A DNA stretch of 64,000 nt from Macrostomum hystrix. Taxonomy: Eukaryota > Animalia > Platyhelminthes. The notes under the pieces are model-generated. The model was not told where the DNA came from, did no database searches, and worked only from the letters and a program-made list of their open reading frames with translations. The DNA lies in assembly GCA_950097015.1 (NCBI GenBank), contig CATNEN010000010.1, forward strand, positions 2,728,001 to 2,792,000. The letters are read 5' to 3'. Below are positions 1-12,700 of the stretch, piece after piece (within the stretch, counting starts at the first letter, position 1; each line of letters begins with the position of its first letter). The translations under genes were made by a program, and so were the position numbers.

Positions 1-1042
1 ATAAACAAATTTGAAAAATTACATTTGTATCCTTACATTGTATTTTACCAAACACTTATAATCTAGGTTAGAATGACTATTAGCAATATAAAGCAAAATG
101 ACTTAGGGCTTAAATTTTAAAGATAGGGTAATGTATCATCAACCGAACAGTGTATCTTCAAAACCGAACAAAAATTTTGACTTCTTCCTTGGTCTTATGC
201 AAGACAAAAACAAGCTATTGTGTTTCACAGAACAACTAATTTGAAAGTTGAAGAAATTATCTACAAGCTGAGGCATGATGTGCAATGAAGCATTAAGAGG
301 AAAGAAAGATATTGATGTTTCAGTAGAATTTTTTATTGCAAAAGCATACTTTTTAACAACATTTTTTCAGTATGTACTTTAGACTAAGATTGTATGTGGT
401 TGCTTGCCAATTAAATGACCATAAATGTAGTTATTTATAGAGCATGAAAAATGCCTTCAAATGACATAATTCATGATAGTTAACTCCTTAAAATAAGATT
501 AAACCACTCACTCAAATTTTAAAACCAAACATCAAATTCTCTGTTTGGTTTGAAGATATATGAAAATCATTGTTCGGTTTTAGAAAAAAAGCAGGAATAA
601 CTTTTTTTCTATTTGATAAAATAGCAAAAGCAGATACTTTTTAGAAAGATGTAACTGTTTTCTATAACTTGGCTTTTGATTTATCATCATATCTTAAATA
701 GAAAATCTGTAGCTTAGGTTTGAAGTTAAAAAAATACACATTCTTGTTTGGTTGATGATACATTACCCTAATGTTGACTAAAATACTTGAGATTAGCAGT
801 AACAGTAAGGAACAATGTTATTGTTAATGACAATGACTTTAACAATAACATGATCATCTTTAGTTTAGCTATAGCCATTGCCTGTATGCCTTAGGAATAA
901 AATGAAGATAAATTAAAGCTAAAAAAGAAATATAAGTACATATTAGAAATTAATAATTAAGTTGATAAAACAGTTTTACCTATTTTTAAATAATATGAGC
1001 ACTGGCTACAGCATTAATTTGTTACAGCAAAATTATAAGGAA

Positions 1043-1710
1043 GTGCTTATTCCCACGGTCCCGTGCTGATAATTTCAATTTTATCTACATGGATCCGTGC
1101 CAATAATTTTCTGCTTATCCACATGGCAGCTTGTATGAATAGGTCTACTTTTAAGTCCCTACCTATTCTTCTCTGAGCATAAGGCTTTTGCTTCAGAGTA
1201 TAGTGTATAGTGTACACTATCAATGCATAGTGTAAAATAATAACAATGATGTATAATATGTGTGACGAGTTTGGTGCTGACTAGAATTCTGCTGGTTGAC
1301 TTGTATGATTTTCTTTGATTGACTTCTTAATTTTTAAGTAAATACAATTCGAATGAAAACACGTAACGATGAAAAAAGATTTAGTAAGTTGTTATTACAA
1401 AAACTAAAAAGGATGACATTAATGTTGGTTAATGAATGTGTAGGTCAAAATGTAGAACACTGTCGTAACACACTGGCAACTTTGTCGATCTATTGGCTCG
1501 AGGGTTCAGCAAAACGTTCAAACCCGAAAGGGCTTCGTTTCAAAGAACAGAACCGCGTGGATAATATTGAAATTAACGGCACGGCATATTTATATAAAGA
1601 GTTTTAGACCTTTTCATACAAGCTGCCGTGTGGATAAGCTGAAAATTATCGGCACGGATCCGTGTGGATAAAATTGAAATTATCGGCACGGGACCGTGGT
1701 GAAAAAGCTC
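1043..1710. mobile_element. MITE-like non-autonomous element with ~100-bp imperfect terminal inverted repeats
   Basis: 1053-1146 (cccacggtcccgtgctgataatttcaattttatc...ttgtatgaataggtcta) is the reverse complement of 1605-1699 with few mismatches. The interior is AT-rich and non-coding. A related short palindromic remnant lies at ~2352-2430. Confidence 0.7.
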
Positions 1711-3796
1711 TGCTAAATTATAAAGCATTGCTTTACTTTACAATATACAATAATTAATACAATACTTGTATATCAATTGCATAATAGTCTGCCAATTGCA
1801 AAATTTTATGACATGTGTGATTATTTCTTTGTCCTAATGGACACAATAACGATGACAATCGCGCGTGCTAGTGTAGAGCTCACCGAACAAACTACCTACT
1901 AACAAACTCAGCAAATTAACGTTTCTAGAAAATTAACGTTAAAGCTTTCGAAAATTTGGAACAGCTTTCAATATAATTACGTTCATTCTTTTTTGTAATT
2001 TAGTAATTATATAGAATTTTTTATTAATAAAACGGGTGATCAATATTATTAATCGTCGTCAAAAGTAAAGTTTTGTTTTTACTCATTTTCTTCTGCACGA
2101 AAAATTATATTCTTAGAAACACGGTTTTCAGTAAATTCTTAAAATCGAACAAGCATACGTCTATCGCGTGCGTTTTCTTCAAAGATAAAGCCTACTATTT
2201 TTCTGATCCGAAGCTTCTGACGAACTATGGACAGCCAAAGATACCAAGGTACAAAGCCTATGTGATTTTTTGTACACATTGCAGTCACATGTTATGCTAA
2301 TTACTAATGTAATTTATAAGTGTAATAAAAGTTAGCAATTTTCATTTTGGCAGTGCTTATCCCCACTGTACCGATGCAATAATTGAGAGCTTATCTGATC
2401 GGTACCGTGGGAATAATGGCTGGTTTTTCCACACGGAACACTGGAGAGATATTCGTCCGTTTGTATGTTCTAGAAAAACACTATTTCCATGTACTTTTGG
2501 GGTACAGTGTTAACCTGTCAAGACTCATTGCTATCAAAATTTTAGACTGTGGGATAAAATGCTTCAGAAAACTTCAGAAAAGAGTGTTAGTTATAAATCA
2601 TACTAATAAAATTAAAACAAATAAATTATGACTATTGAACTGTTTTTGATAAACTGGCAACATTCTTTTGGGTAAGCATTTTTTTCTGTGAATAGTGCAC
2701 TGATAGTAAGTTCACTAGTTTGCTTCAATATAGCTGTTATATACTTAGAATATAGACTTATAGTTTTGATCGTAGCAATTACCACAAAGCATGTTCTTCA
2801 ACAGAAAATATTAGCTAGTCCATTAGATAATAAAAGTAGTATAGCTAGTCTAGTATTAGTTTCTTAAAGATTTTCTAGATTTGTAGCTAGTTTTAGCTGC
2901 CCATTTTTCTTTGAATGGGGTTGTTATATAACTTGAAAGCACAATACACAATTTTTTAACCTAAATGTAATCATTAAAACTCTAGCTATTATAGTAATCG
3001 TATAACTTAAGTATGCTTAGGATAGCTAAGTAGCTAGTTTTATTTATGTTACATAGCTATATTATTAGATTAAAAATTTTGGAAAATGTATTGTATTTCT
3101 GAAACTCACAAATAGTATTATTAAAATATTGTACACATAATATATATATAAAAATTGTTTTTATTGACCAACTCTGTGCTAAAGTAGCTAGATTATTATA
3201 AAGTAGCTAGCTATATGGCTAACTCTTGTATTAGACACCCAAATTGTGGTAGCTACAATGCAATAATAATATACAACTAATGGTTTAGTAGTTGGCATTT
3301 GAAATAATCATTTGAGCTGCAAAGTATTGCTGCAGTATGGCTTTGACAGAACAAGCCTAGTTACTTGCTACAATTAGTTTTTATCTGATTTATTTAAACT
3401 ACCTTAAATCTTAGCAATTTAAGATTGCCCATCTGGTGATACATCAGAATATTGGATATGTGTTGCTTACACTGCTGAAGTCTGCTCTCATTATTCACAA
3501 ACATATCTTTATTTGTTTGCTACAGATTTGGTGATAGTATGAATAAATTGTGAGCTTATTTGAAGAGTAAATAGGACAGTGGAAGAATGAAGACAGGTTG
3601 GGACATGGTGAGGATGTTCATATTTGTTTGCTTTCAGACCTAGGCAGTAGCATCTAATGAAGCCTGTAGTCGAGGAGGACTTGGAAACAATAGCCAATGT
3701 TTTGCTGTTCATTATTTAGTTGGTATTTGATCACATTTTTGTCCATGAGAAGCCTCTCTAGCAGCATCTCAAAAAATCGAACATAAGTGTCCCACA

Positions 3797-6700
3797 ATGT
3801 ACGAAATAGGTAACTGCGGCCTGCAACCTAGTCATTTAACCATCAACTGTCTCATTGTCTGAGCAGCGTCCACTAGAGGGGCCCAGCAGGTCTTTCTGTT
3901 GAAGCCATCGGGCGGCTCACACATTTGCTTGAGTTGCTAGTCTCCTGAATTAGTTTCAAATTAGCTCAGTTGAAGCCATCGGGCGGCTCACACATTTGCT
4001 TGAGTTGCTAGTCTCCTGAATTAGTTTCAAATTAGCTCAGTTGAAGCCATCGGGCGGCTCACACATTTGCTTGAGTTGCTAGTCTCCTGAATTAGTTTCA
4101 AATTAGCTCAGTTGAAGCCATCGAGCGGCTCACACATTTGCTTGAGTTGCTAGTCTCCTGAATTAGTTTCAAATTAGCTCAGTTGAAGCCATCGGGCGGC
4201 TCACACATTTGCTTGAGTTGCTAGTCTCCTGAATTAGTTTCAAATTAGCTCAGTTGAAGCCATCGGGCGGCTCACACATTTGCTTGAGTTGCTAGTCTCC
4301 TGAATTAGTTTCAAATTAGCTCAGTTGAAGCCATCGGGCGGCTCACACATTTGCTTGAGTTGCTAGTCTCCTGAATTAGTTTCAAATTAGCTCAGTTGAA
4401 GCCATCGGGCGGCTCACACATTTGCTTGAGTTGCTAGTCTCCTGAATTAGTTTCAAATTAGCTCAGTTGAAGCCATCGGGCGGCTCACACATTTGCTTGA
4501 GTTGCTAGTCTCCTGAATTAGTTTCAAATTAGCTCAGTTGAAGCCATCGGGCGGCTCACACATTTGCTTGAGTTGCTAGTCTCCTGAATTAGTTTCAAAT
4601 TAGCTCAGTTGAAGCCATCGGGCGGCTCACACATTTGCTTGAGTTGCTAGTCTCCTGAATTAGTTTCAAATTAGCTCAGTTAAAGCCATCGGGCGGCTCA
4701 CACATTTGCTTGAGTTGCTAGTCTCCTGAATTAGTTTCAAATTAGCTCAGTTGAAGCCATCGGGCGGCTCACACATTTGCTTGAGTTGCTAGTCTCCTGA
4801 ATTAGTTTCAAATTAGCTCAGTTGAAGCCATCGGGCGGCTCACACATTTGCTTGAGTTGCTAGTCTCCTGAATTAGTTTCAAATTAGCTCAGTTGAAGCC
4901 ATCGGGCGGCTCACACATTTGCTTGAGTTGCTAGTCTCCTGAATTAGTTTCAAATTAGCTCAGTTGAAGCCATCGGGCGGCTCACACATTTGCTTGAGTT
5001 GCTAGTCTCCTGAATTAGTTTCAAATTAGCTCAGTTGAAGCCATCGGGCGGCTCACACATTTGCTTGAGTTGCTAGTCTCCTGAATTAGTTTCAAATTAG
5101 CTCAGTTGAAGCCATCGGGCGGCTCACACATTTGCTTGAGTTGCTAGTCTCCTGAATTAGTTTCAAATTAGCTCAGTTGAAGCCATCGGGCGGCTCACAC
5201 ATTTGCTTGAGTTGCTAGTCTCCTGAATTAGTTTCAAATTAGCTCAGTTGAAGCCATCGAGCGGCTCACACATTTGCTTGAGTTGCTAGTCTCCTGAATT
5301 AGTTTCAAATTAGCTCAGATTAGAAAGCAATCGCGTTTATTTGCCATAATCTGCCACTTGCAGATCCCAACTACTATGCCGACCATCCCCATGGTGACCA
5401 CGGAGACAACGGCGTCGGTGGCGCCGCTACCCAGGAGGATGCCGACCGGCTGCAGGCCATGTCGCCAGAGGAGCGCGAGCATCAGCGCCGCGAGTGGGCC
5501 CAGGAGCTCGAGAAGGTGAGGCTATTGTGCTGCTCGCTTTTGCTTACCTGAGTGAGGCGAATTTGTACTTTTATCCATGCATGATCCACCATCGTCATAT
5601 CATTATCCTGCCGGATTAGACAGGGCTTCGCTTGAAATCCAATATGCGATGCAGCTGCTAGATGTTTAGCAGCGTGTCACATTTCATTACTCTATTTTTG
5701 TTCCTCCTAATCTCTTCTTAATAGTTAATACTATAATGGGAGATGTTGGAATAGGGTAAATCTTTTATTCACAGGACTTGAAAATTCAAACGCTTTGACC
5801 TCAAGCCCTAATGTGCTGCCTGGATAACACATTAACAGCCTGATGTGTCACATCTGCATGGTCCTAATGTGCTGCCTGGAAAACACATTAACAGCCTGAT
5901 GTGTCACATCTGCATGGGCCTAATGTGCTGCCTGGATAACACATTAACAGCCTGATGTGTCACATCTGCATGGGCCTAATGTGCTGCCTGGATAACACAT
6001 TAACAGCCTGATGTGTCACATCTGCATGGGCCTAATGTGCTGCCTGGATAACACATTAACAGCCTGATGTGTCACATCTGCATGGTCCTAATGTGCTGCC
6101 TGGATAACACATTAACAGCCTGATGTGTCACATCTGCATGGTCCTAATGTGCTGCCTGGATAACACATTAACAGCCTGATGTGTCACATCTGCATGGTCC
6201 TAATGTGCTGCCTGGATAACACATTAACAGCCTGATGTGTCACATCTGCATGGTCCTAATGTGCTGCCTGGATAACACATTAACAGCCTGATGTGTCACA
6301 TCTGCATGGGCCTAATGTGCTGCCTGGATAACACATTAACAGCCTGATGTGTTACATCTGCATGGTCCTAATGTGCTGCCTGGATAACACATTAACAGCC
6401 TGATGTGTCACATCTGCATGGTCCTAATGTGCTGCCTGGATAACACATTAACAGCCTGATGTGTCACATCTGCATGGGCCTAATGTGATGCCTGGATAAC
6501 ACATTAACAGCCTGATGTGTCACATCTGCATGGTCCTAATGTGCTGCCTGGATAACACATTAACAGCCTGATGTGTCACATCTGCATGGTCCTAATGTGC
6601 TGCCTGGATAACACATTAACAGCCTGATGTGTCACATCTGCATGGTCCTAATGTGCTGCCTGGATAACACATTAACAGCCTGATGTGTCACATCTGCATG

Positions 6701-9700
6701 GTCCTAATGTGCTGCCTGGATAACACATTAACAGCCTGATGTGTCACATCTGCATGGGCCTAATGTGCTGCCTGGATAACACATTAACAGCCTGATGTGT
6801 TACATCTGCATGGTCCTAATGTGCTGCCTGGATAACACATTAACAGCCTGATGTGTCACATCTGCATGGTCCTAATGTGCTGCCTGGATAACACATTAAC
6901 AGCCTGATGTGTCACATCTGCATGGGCCTAATGTGATGCCTGGATAACACATTAACAGCCTGATGTGTCACATCTGCATGGTCCTAATGTGCTGCCTGGA
7001 TAACACATTAACAGCCTGATGTGTCACATCTGCATGGTCCTAATGTGCTGCCTGGATAACACATTAACAGCCTGATGTGTTACATCTGCATGGTCCTAAT
7101 GTGCTGCCTGGATAACACATTAACAGCCTGATGTGTCACATCTGCATGGTCCTAATGTGCTGCCTGGATAACACATTAACAGCCTGATGTGTCACATCTG
7201 CATGGTCCTAATGTGCTGCCTGGATAACACATTAACAGCCTGATGTGTCACATCTGCATGGTCCTAATGTGCTGCCTGGATAACACATTAACAGCCTGAT
7301 GTGTTACATCTGCATGGTCCTAATGTGCTGCCTGGATAACACATTAACAGCCTGATGTGTCACATCTGCATGGGCCTAATGTGCTGCCTGGATAACACAT
7401 TAACAGCCTGATGTGTTACATCTGCATGGTCCTAATGTGCTGCCTGGATAACACATTAACAGCCTGATGTGTCACATCTGCATGGGCCTAATGTGCTGCC
7501 TGGATAACACATTAACAGCCTGATGTGTCACATCTGCATGGTCCTAATGTGCTGCCTGGATAACACATTAACAGCCTGATGTGTTACATCTGCATGGTCC
7601 TAATGTGCTGCCTGGATAACACATTAACAGCCTGATGTGTCACATCTGCATGGGCCTAATGTGCTGCCTGGATAACACATTAACAGCCTGATGTGTCACA
7701 TCTGCATGGGCCTAATGTGCTGCCTGGATGACACATTAACAGCCTGATGTGTCACATCTGCATGGTCCTAATGTGCTGCCTGGATAACACATTAACAGCC
7801 TGATGTGTCACATCTGCATGGTCCTAATGTGCTGCCTGGATAACACATTAACAGCCTGATGTGTTACATCTGCATGGTCCTAATGTGCTGCCTGGATAAC
7901 ACATTAACAGCCTGATGTGTTACATCTGCATGGTCCTAATGTGCTGCCTGGATAACACATTAACAGCCTGATGTGTCACATCTGCATGGGCCTAATGTGC
8001 TGCCTGGATAACACATTAACAGCCTGATGTGTCACATCTGCATGGGCCTAATGTGCTGCCTGGATAACACATTAACAGCCTGATGTGTCACATCTGCATG
8101 GTCCTAATGTGCTGCCTGGATAACACATTAACAGCCTGATGTGTAACATCTGCATGGTCCTAATGTGCTGCCTGGATAACACATTAACAGCCTGATGTGT
8201 CACATCTGCATGGTCCTAATGTGCTGCCTGGATAACACATTAACAGCCTGATGTGTCACATCTGCATGGTCCTAATGTGCTGCCTGGATAACACATTAAC
8301 AGCCTGATGTGTCACATCTGCATGGTCCTAATGTGCTGCCTGGATAACACATTAACAGCCTGATGTGTCACATCTGCATGGGCCTAATGTGCTGCCTGGA
8401 TAACACATTAACAGCCTGATGTGTCACATCTGCATGGGCCTAATGTGCTGCCTGGATAACACATTAACAGCCTGATGTGTCACATCTGCATGGTCCTAAT
8501 GTGCTGCCTGGATAACACATTAACAGCCTGATGTGTAACATCTGCATGGTCCTAATGTGCTGCCTGGATAACACATTAACAGCCTGATGTGTCACATCTG
8601 CATGGTCCTAATGTGCTGCCTGGATAACACATTAACAGCCTGATGTGTCACATCTGCATGGTCCTAATGTGCTGCCTGGATAACACATTAACAGCCTGAT
8701 GTGTCACATCTGCATGGTCCTAATGTGCTGCCTGGATAACACATTAACAGCCTGATGTGTCACATCTGCATGGTCCTAATGTGCTGCCTGGATAACACAT
8801 TAACAGCCTGATGTGTCACATCTGCATGGGCCTAATGTGCTGCCTGGATAACACATTAACAGCCTGATGTGTCACATCTGCATGGTCCTAATGTGCTGCC
8901 TGGATAACACATTAACAGCCTGATGTGTCACATCTGCATGGTCCTAATGTGCTGCCTGGATAACACATTAACAGCCTGATGTGTTACATCTGCATGGTCC
9001 TAATGTGCTGCCTGGTCAAAGCAAGTCTGGTTTTGTTAATTTAAAAGTTTGACAAATTTTAAGGTAGTGTCTTAGAAAAAACATTCCCTTTAGACGCTGT
9101 TCGCGTTTTCATATGAAATTCATTTTTCATATCCCCATGTGTTTAAGTAGGATTCTTCTCCCGTTCTCCCACCTTTCTCTCAATCTTGAGTTACCATTCG
9201 GTGACCGCTCGGTCAGCCAACGGATCGGGGCCAAAGATTAAGAGGCCTTCATTGGACCGGAAAATCAATCCGGCTAAAGCCTTGGTTTCGTTGGGTTAGG
9301 GAATTTGAAGAAGCAGATTTCAGTGCGTCGCTTGCTCTGGTTAATTTACTATTGTTTTGTTACGCTTTTTGTTTTTGCTCCTCTGTCAACTGCGTGGGTT
9401 TTAAAGTACATCCAAACATTATTTTTCCCTCTGGACTATTTCAACCTACCTCCCCGATTTTCTCAGCCGAACCAGAATGCACAACATTTTCTAGGATTTA
9501 ATCAGCGTTTTTAATCCTTAGTTTAACGCGGCTGATTTAGAATTTCGACAGATTAGTATAAGAGTAGATTTAAACAAAATTTTATTTAGAAAACCCTGAA
9601 AGCGTGACTTCTTTCTGCGCTTACAGGAAAGCTTTTGTCAAGCTGCGGTGAAGGTTACAAAGTAACAAACAAATTTTGGACATGCTTAGAATTTCATTCA

Positions 9701-12700
9701 AAATATTGCTGACTAATAATGGCTTATGTCAGGAATGATGGCAACTAGCAAACCCTGAAGGAAGGTTGCAATCCTTGATGTCTGTTGTCGGGATGGTTGC
9801 AATCCTTGATGTCTGATGTCGGGATGGTTGCAATCCTTGATGTCTGATGTCGGGATGGTTGCAATCCTTGATGTCTGATGCCGGGAAGGTTGCAATCCTT
9901 GTTGTCTGATGCCGGGAAGGTTGCAATCCTTGATTTCTGATGGCAGGAAGGTTGCAAACCTTGATGTCTGATGTCGGGAAGGTTGCAATCCTTGATGTCT
10001 GATCGGGAAGGTTGCAGTCTTCGATGTCCCTAGGTCTGGAAGCTGAACTCTTTGATCCATGAGCTCAGTACGACTGCAATACGCTAAGCTCAACTGCTAG
10101 CTCCATTATTCCCTGAAAGGAAAGAGCATGGAAGAAATGAAAATTTTATTTCCTCAAAAATAAAAAAACTGTCTCCCGTTTTGTTTCTCCTCAGACGGAA
10201 GAGGAGATCCAGACGCTTCGCCAGGTGCTGTCTTCAAAGATTCGCCACGCCAACGACCTCAAGCGCAAGCTGGGAATCACCGTGTTCGGCGAGCTTCGCA
10301 GCTCCCTGCAGCACTGGAAGGAGTCGGACACGTGAGCGCCGGGCCTGAGGGAAGATGGCTGAATCGGGGGCGGATCCTGAGGGAAGATGGCTGATTGGGG
10401 GCGGATCCTGAGGGAAGATGGCTGATTGGGGGCGGATCCTGAGGGAAGATGGCTGATTGGGGGCGGATCCTGAGGGAAGATGGCTGATTGGGGGCGGATC
10501 CTGAGGGAAGATGGCTGATTGGGGGCGGATCCTGAGGGAAGATGGCTGATTGTGGGCGGATCCTGAGGGAAGATGGCTGATTGGGGGCGGATCCTGAGGG
10601 AAGATGGCTGATTGGGGGCGGATCCTGAGGGAAGATGGCTGATTGGGGGCGGATCCTTAGAGTGTGTATTTTCGAGCGGGATAAAGTCCAATAACATTGT
10701 GAAGTCTGAGTCCTATGTGATCACTATCGGCTGCAGTGCGACAGCACTGATTAGTTAACAGAGCTTGTTAGCCGTGCAATATATAGTGTATTCTCGTGTT
10801 AGTTATTTCTATGAATCACTGTCAAATAATGTTGCCAAGTACTAGACCCAATCTCTGCGTCATCATTTCTGAGACTAGTGAGTATAAACAGGATTTCTCA
10901 GCTCAATTGCTAAATGTGTTAGAGTCCGCAACTGCAAAACTATGATACCAATTTTCTGCTCCGAACTGAGCTCACATTTATGCTCAAATGGCCTGCTTTG
11001 AGCTTGGGACAGAATTCTTCCCATCTGACCCAATTTTCCCAGGACCATCGTTTCCCCAACTTTTCCTCTCTGAGTTTCCCTAGTCAATTTGCCATTATTT
11101 GTGCTTTTCGGTTCAGCTAACTGTCGTTTGTCGTGTGCTTTTTCGTCTACTCAAAGTAGGCAGCTGTGTACGCGACCTCAATTGCGTGTAAATAACATAA
11201 AATATTTTTTTGATTTCACTATCTATATTCGGGAATGACCATTCGGGAATGACCATTCGGGAATCACCATTCGGGAATGACCATTCGGGAATGACCATTC
11301 GGGAATGACCATTCGGGAATGACCATTCGGGAATGACCATTCGGGAATGACCATTCGGGAATGACCATTCGGGAATGACCATTCGGGAATGACCATTCGG
11401 GAATGACCATTCTGGAATTACCATATTAAATGTACCTTCTGATTTCACTGCTCACCAACCGCAGCTACCAGCGCACCGCCAACGCGGCCAAAGGTGCCAA
11501 GGAGCGAACCTCGGAGCTCACACACAACATGGCCAATCGTTTCTCTCAGAAATGGTCATCGATGCGCAACTCGAACGCGTTCAAATCTTTTGAGGAGAAG
11601 GTCGGAAGCGCCTACACTAACGTGAAGGTGAGCAGCTGTCGCTTAGCAACTGATGCAACAGGTTTTAGCTTCTGTGCAACCCACTGGCTTGTTTGTAGTA
11701 GACTTTGGGCCGAGGTGTAATCCTTTGGATTACATATCTTGGCGTGCGTTATTTCACGAATCTGGCTTGTCTTATCAATTAGACATTTGTGAATTTAATG
11801 GATACGAGGTGTAATATTCAATGGATATGGGTGTAATACCCAATGGATATGGGTGTCATATTCAATGGATATGGGTGCAATCAATGGCTATGGTGTAATA
11901 TTCAATGGATATGGGTGTAATATTCAATGGATATAGGTGTAATATTCAATGGATATAGGTGTAATATTCAATGGATATGGGTGTAATGTTCAATGGATAT
12001 GGGGTGTAATGTTCAATGGATATGGGGTGTAATATTCAATGGATATGGGTGTAATATCCAATGGATATGGGTGTAATATTCAACGGATATGGGGTGTAAT
12101 ACCCAATGGATATGGGTGTCATATTCAATATATATGGGTGCACCGTGCAATCAATGGCTATGGTGTAATATTCAATGGATATGGGTGTAATATTCAATGG
12201 ATATAGGTGTAATATTCAATATATATGGGTGTAATCAATGGCTATGGTGTAGTATTCAATGGATACGGGTGTAACATTCAATATATATGGGTGTAATCAA
12301 TGGCTATGGGTGTAATATCCAATGGATATGGGGTGTAATATTCAATGGATATGGGTGTAATATCCAATGGATATGGGGTGTAATATCCAATGGATATGGG
12401 GTGTAATATTCAATGGATATGGGGTGTAATATTCAATGGATATGGGGTGTAATATCCAATGGATATGGTGTAATAATCAATAGGCATTGTTAGTTGATCG
12501 TACTCGTACTTGCAATTTGTCAAACTGAATGCTGCATTATTAAATAAAATCGGAGTAGGAGAGCCTTCATTGAGCAGAATAATCCTGATTCTGTTTTGCC
12601 CGCTTGCCTCACTGCTTTAATATTTCACTATTTTAGACGCGAACTAAGGTGAGGGTCGGATGTTGCTGGTGGAATTCAGACAAAAAATTCTTGCTATTAA

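Noticed and set aside
3250-3720. Faint resemblance on the minus strand to a decayed LINE reverse transcriptase (DYR..LP, ADFS)
   Set aside because: Multiple stops and frameshifts and no recognisable YADD motif; cannot be supported without a translated profile search.
3898-9015. Long regular arrays resembling CRISPR arrays
   Set aside because: Units are contiguous with no unique spacers, there are no cas genes, and the context is a eukaryotic intron.
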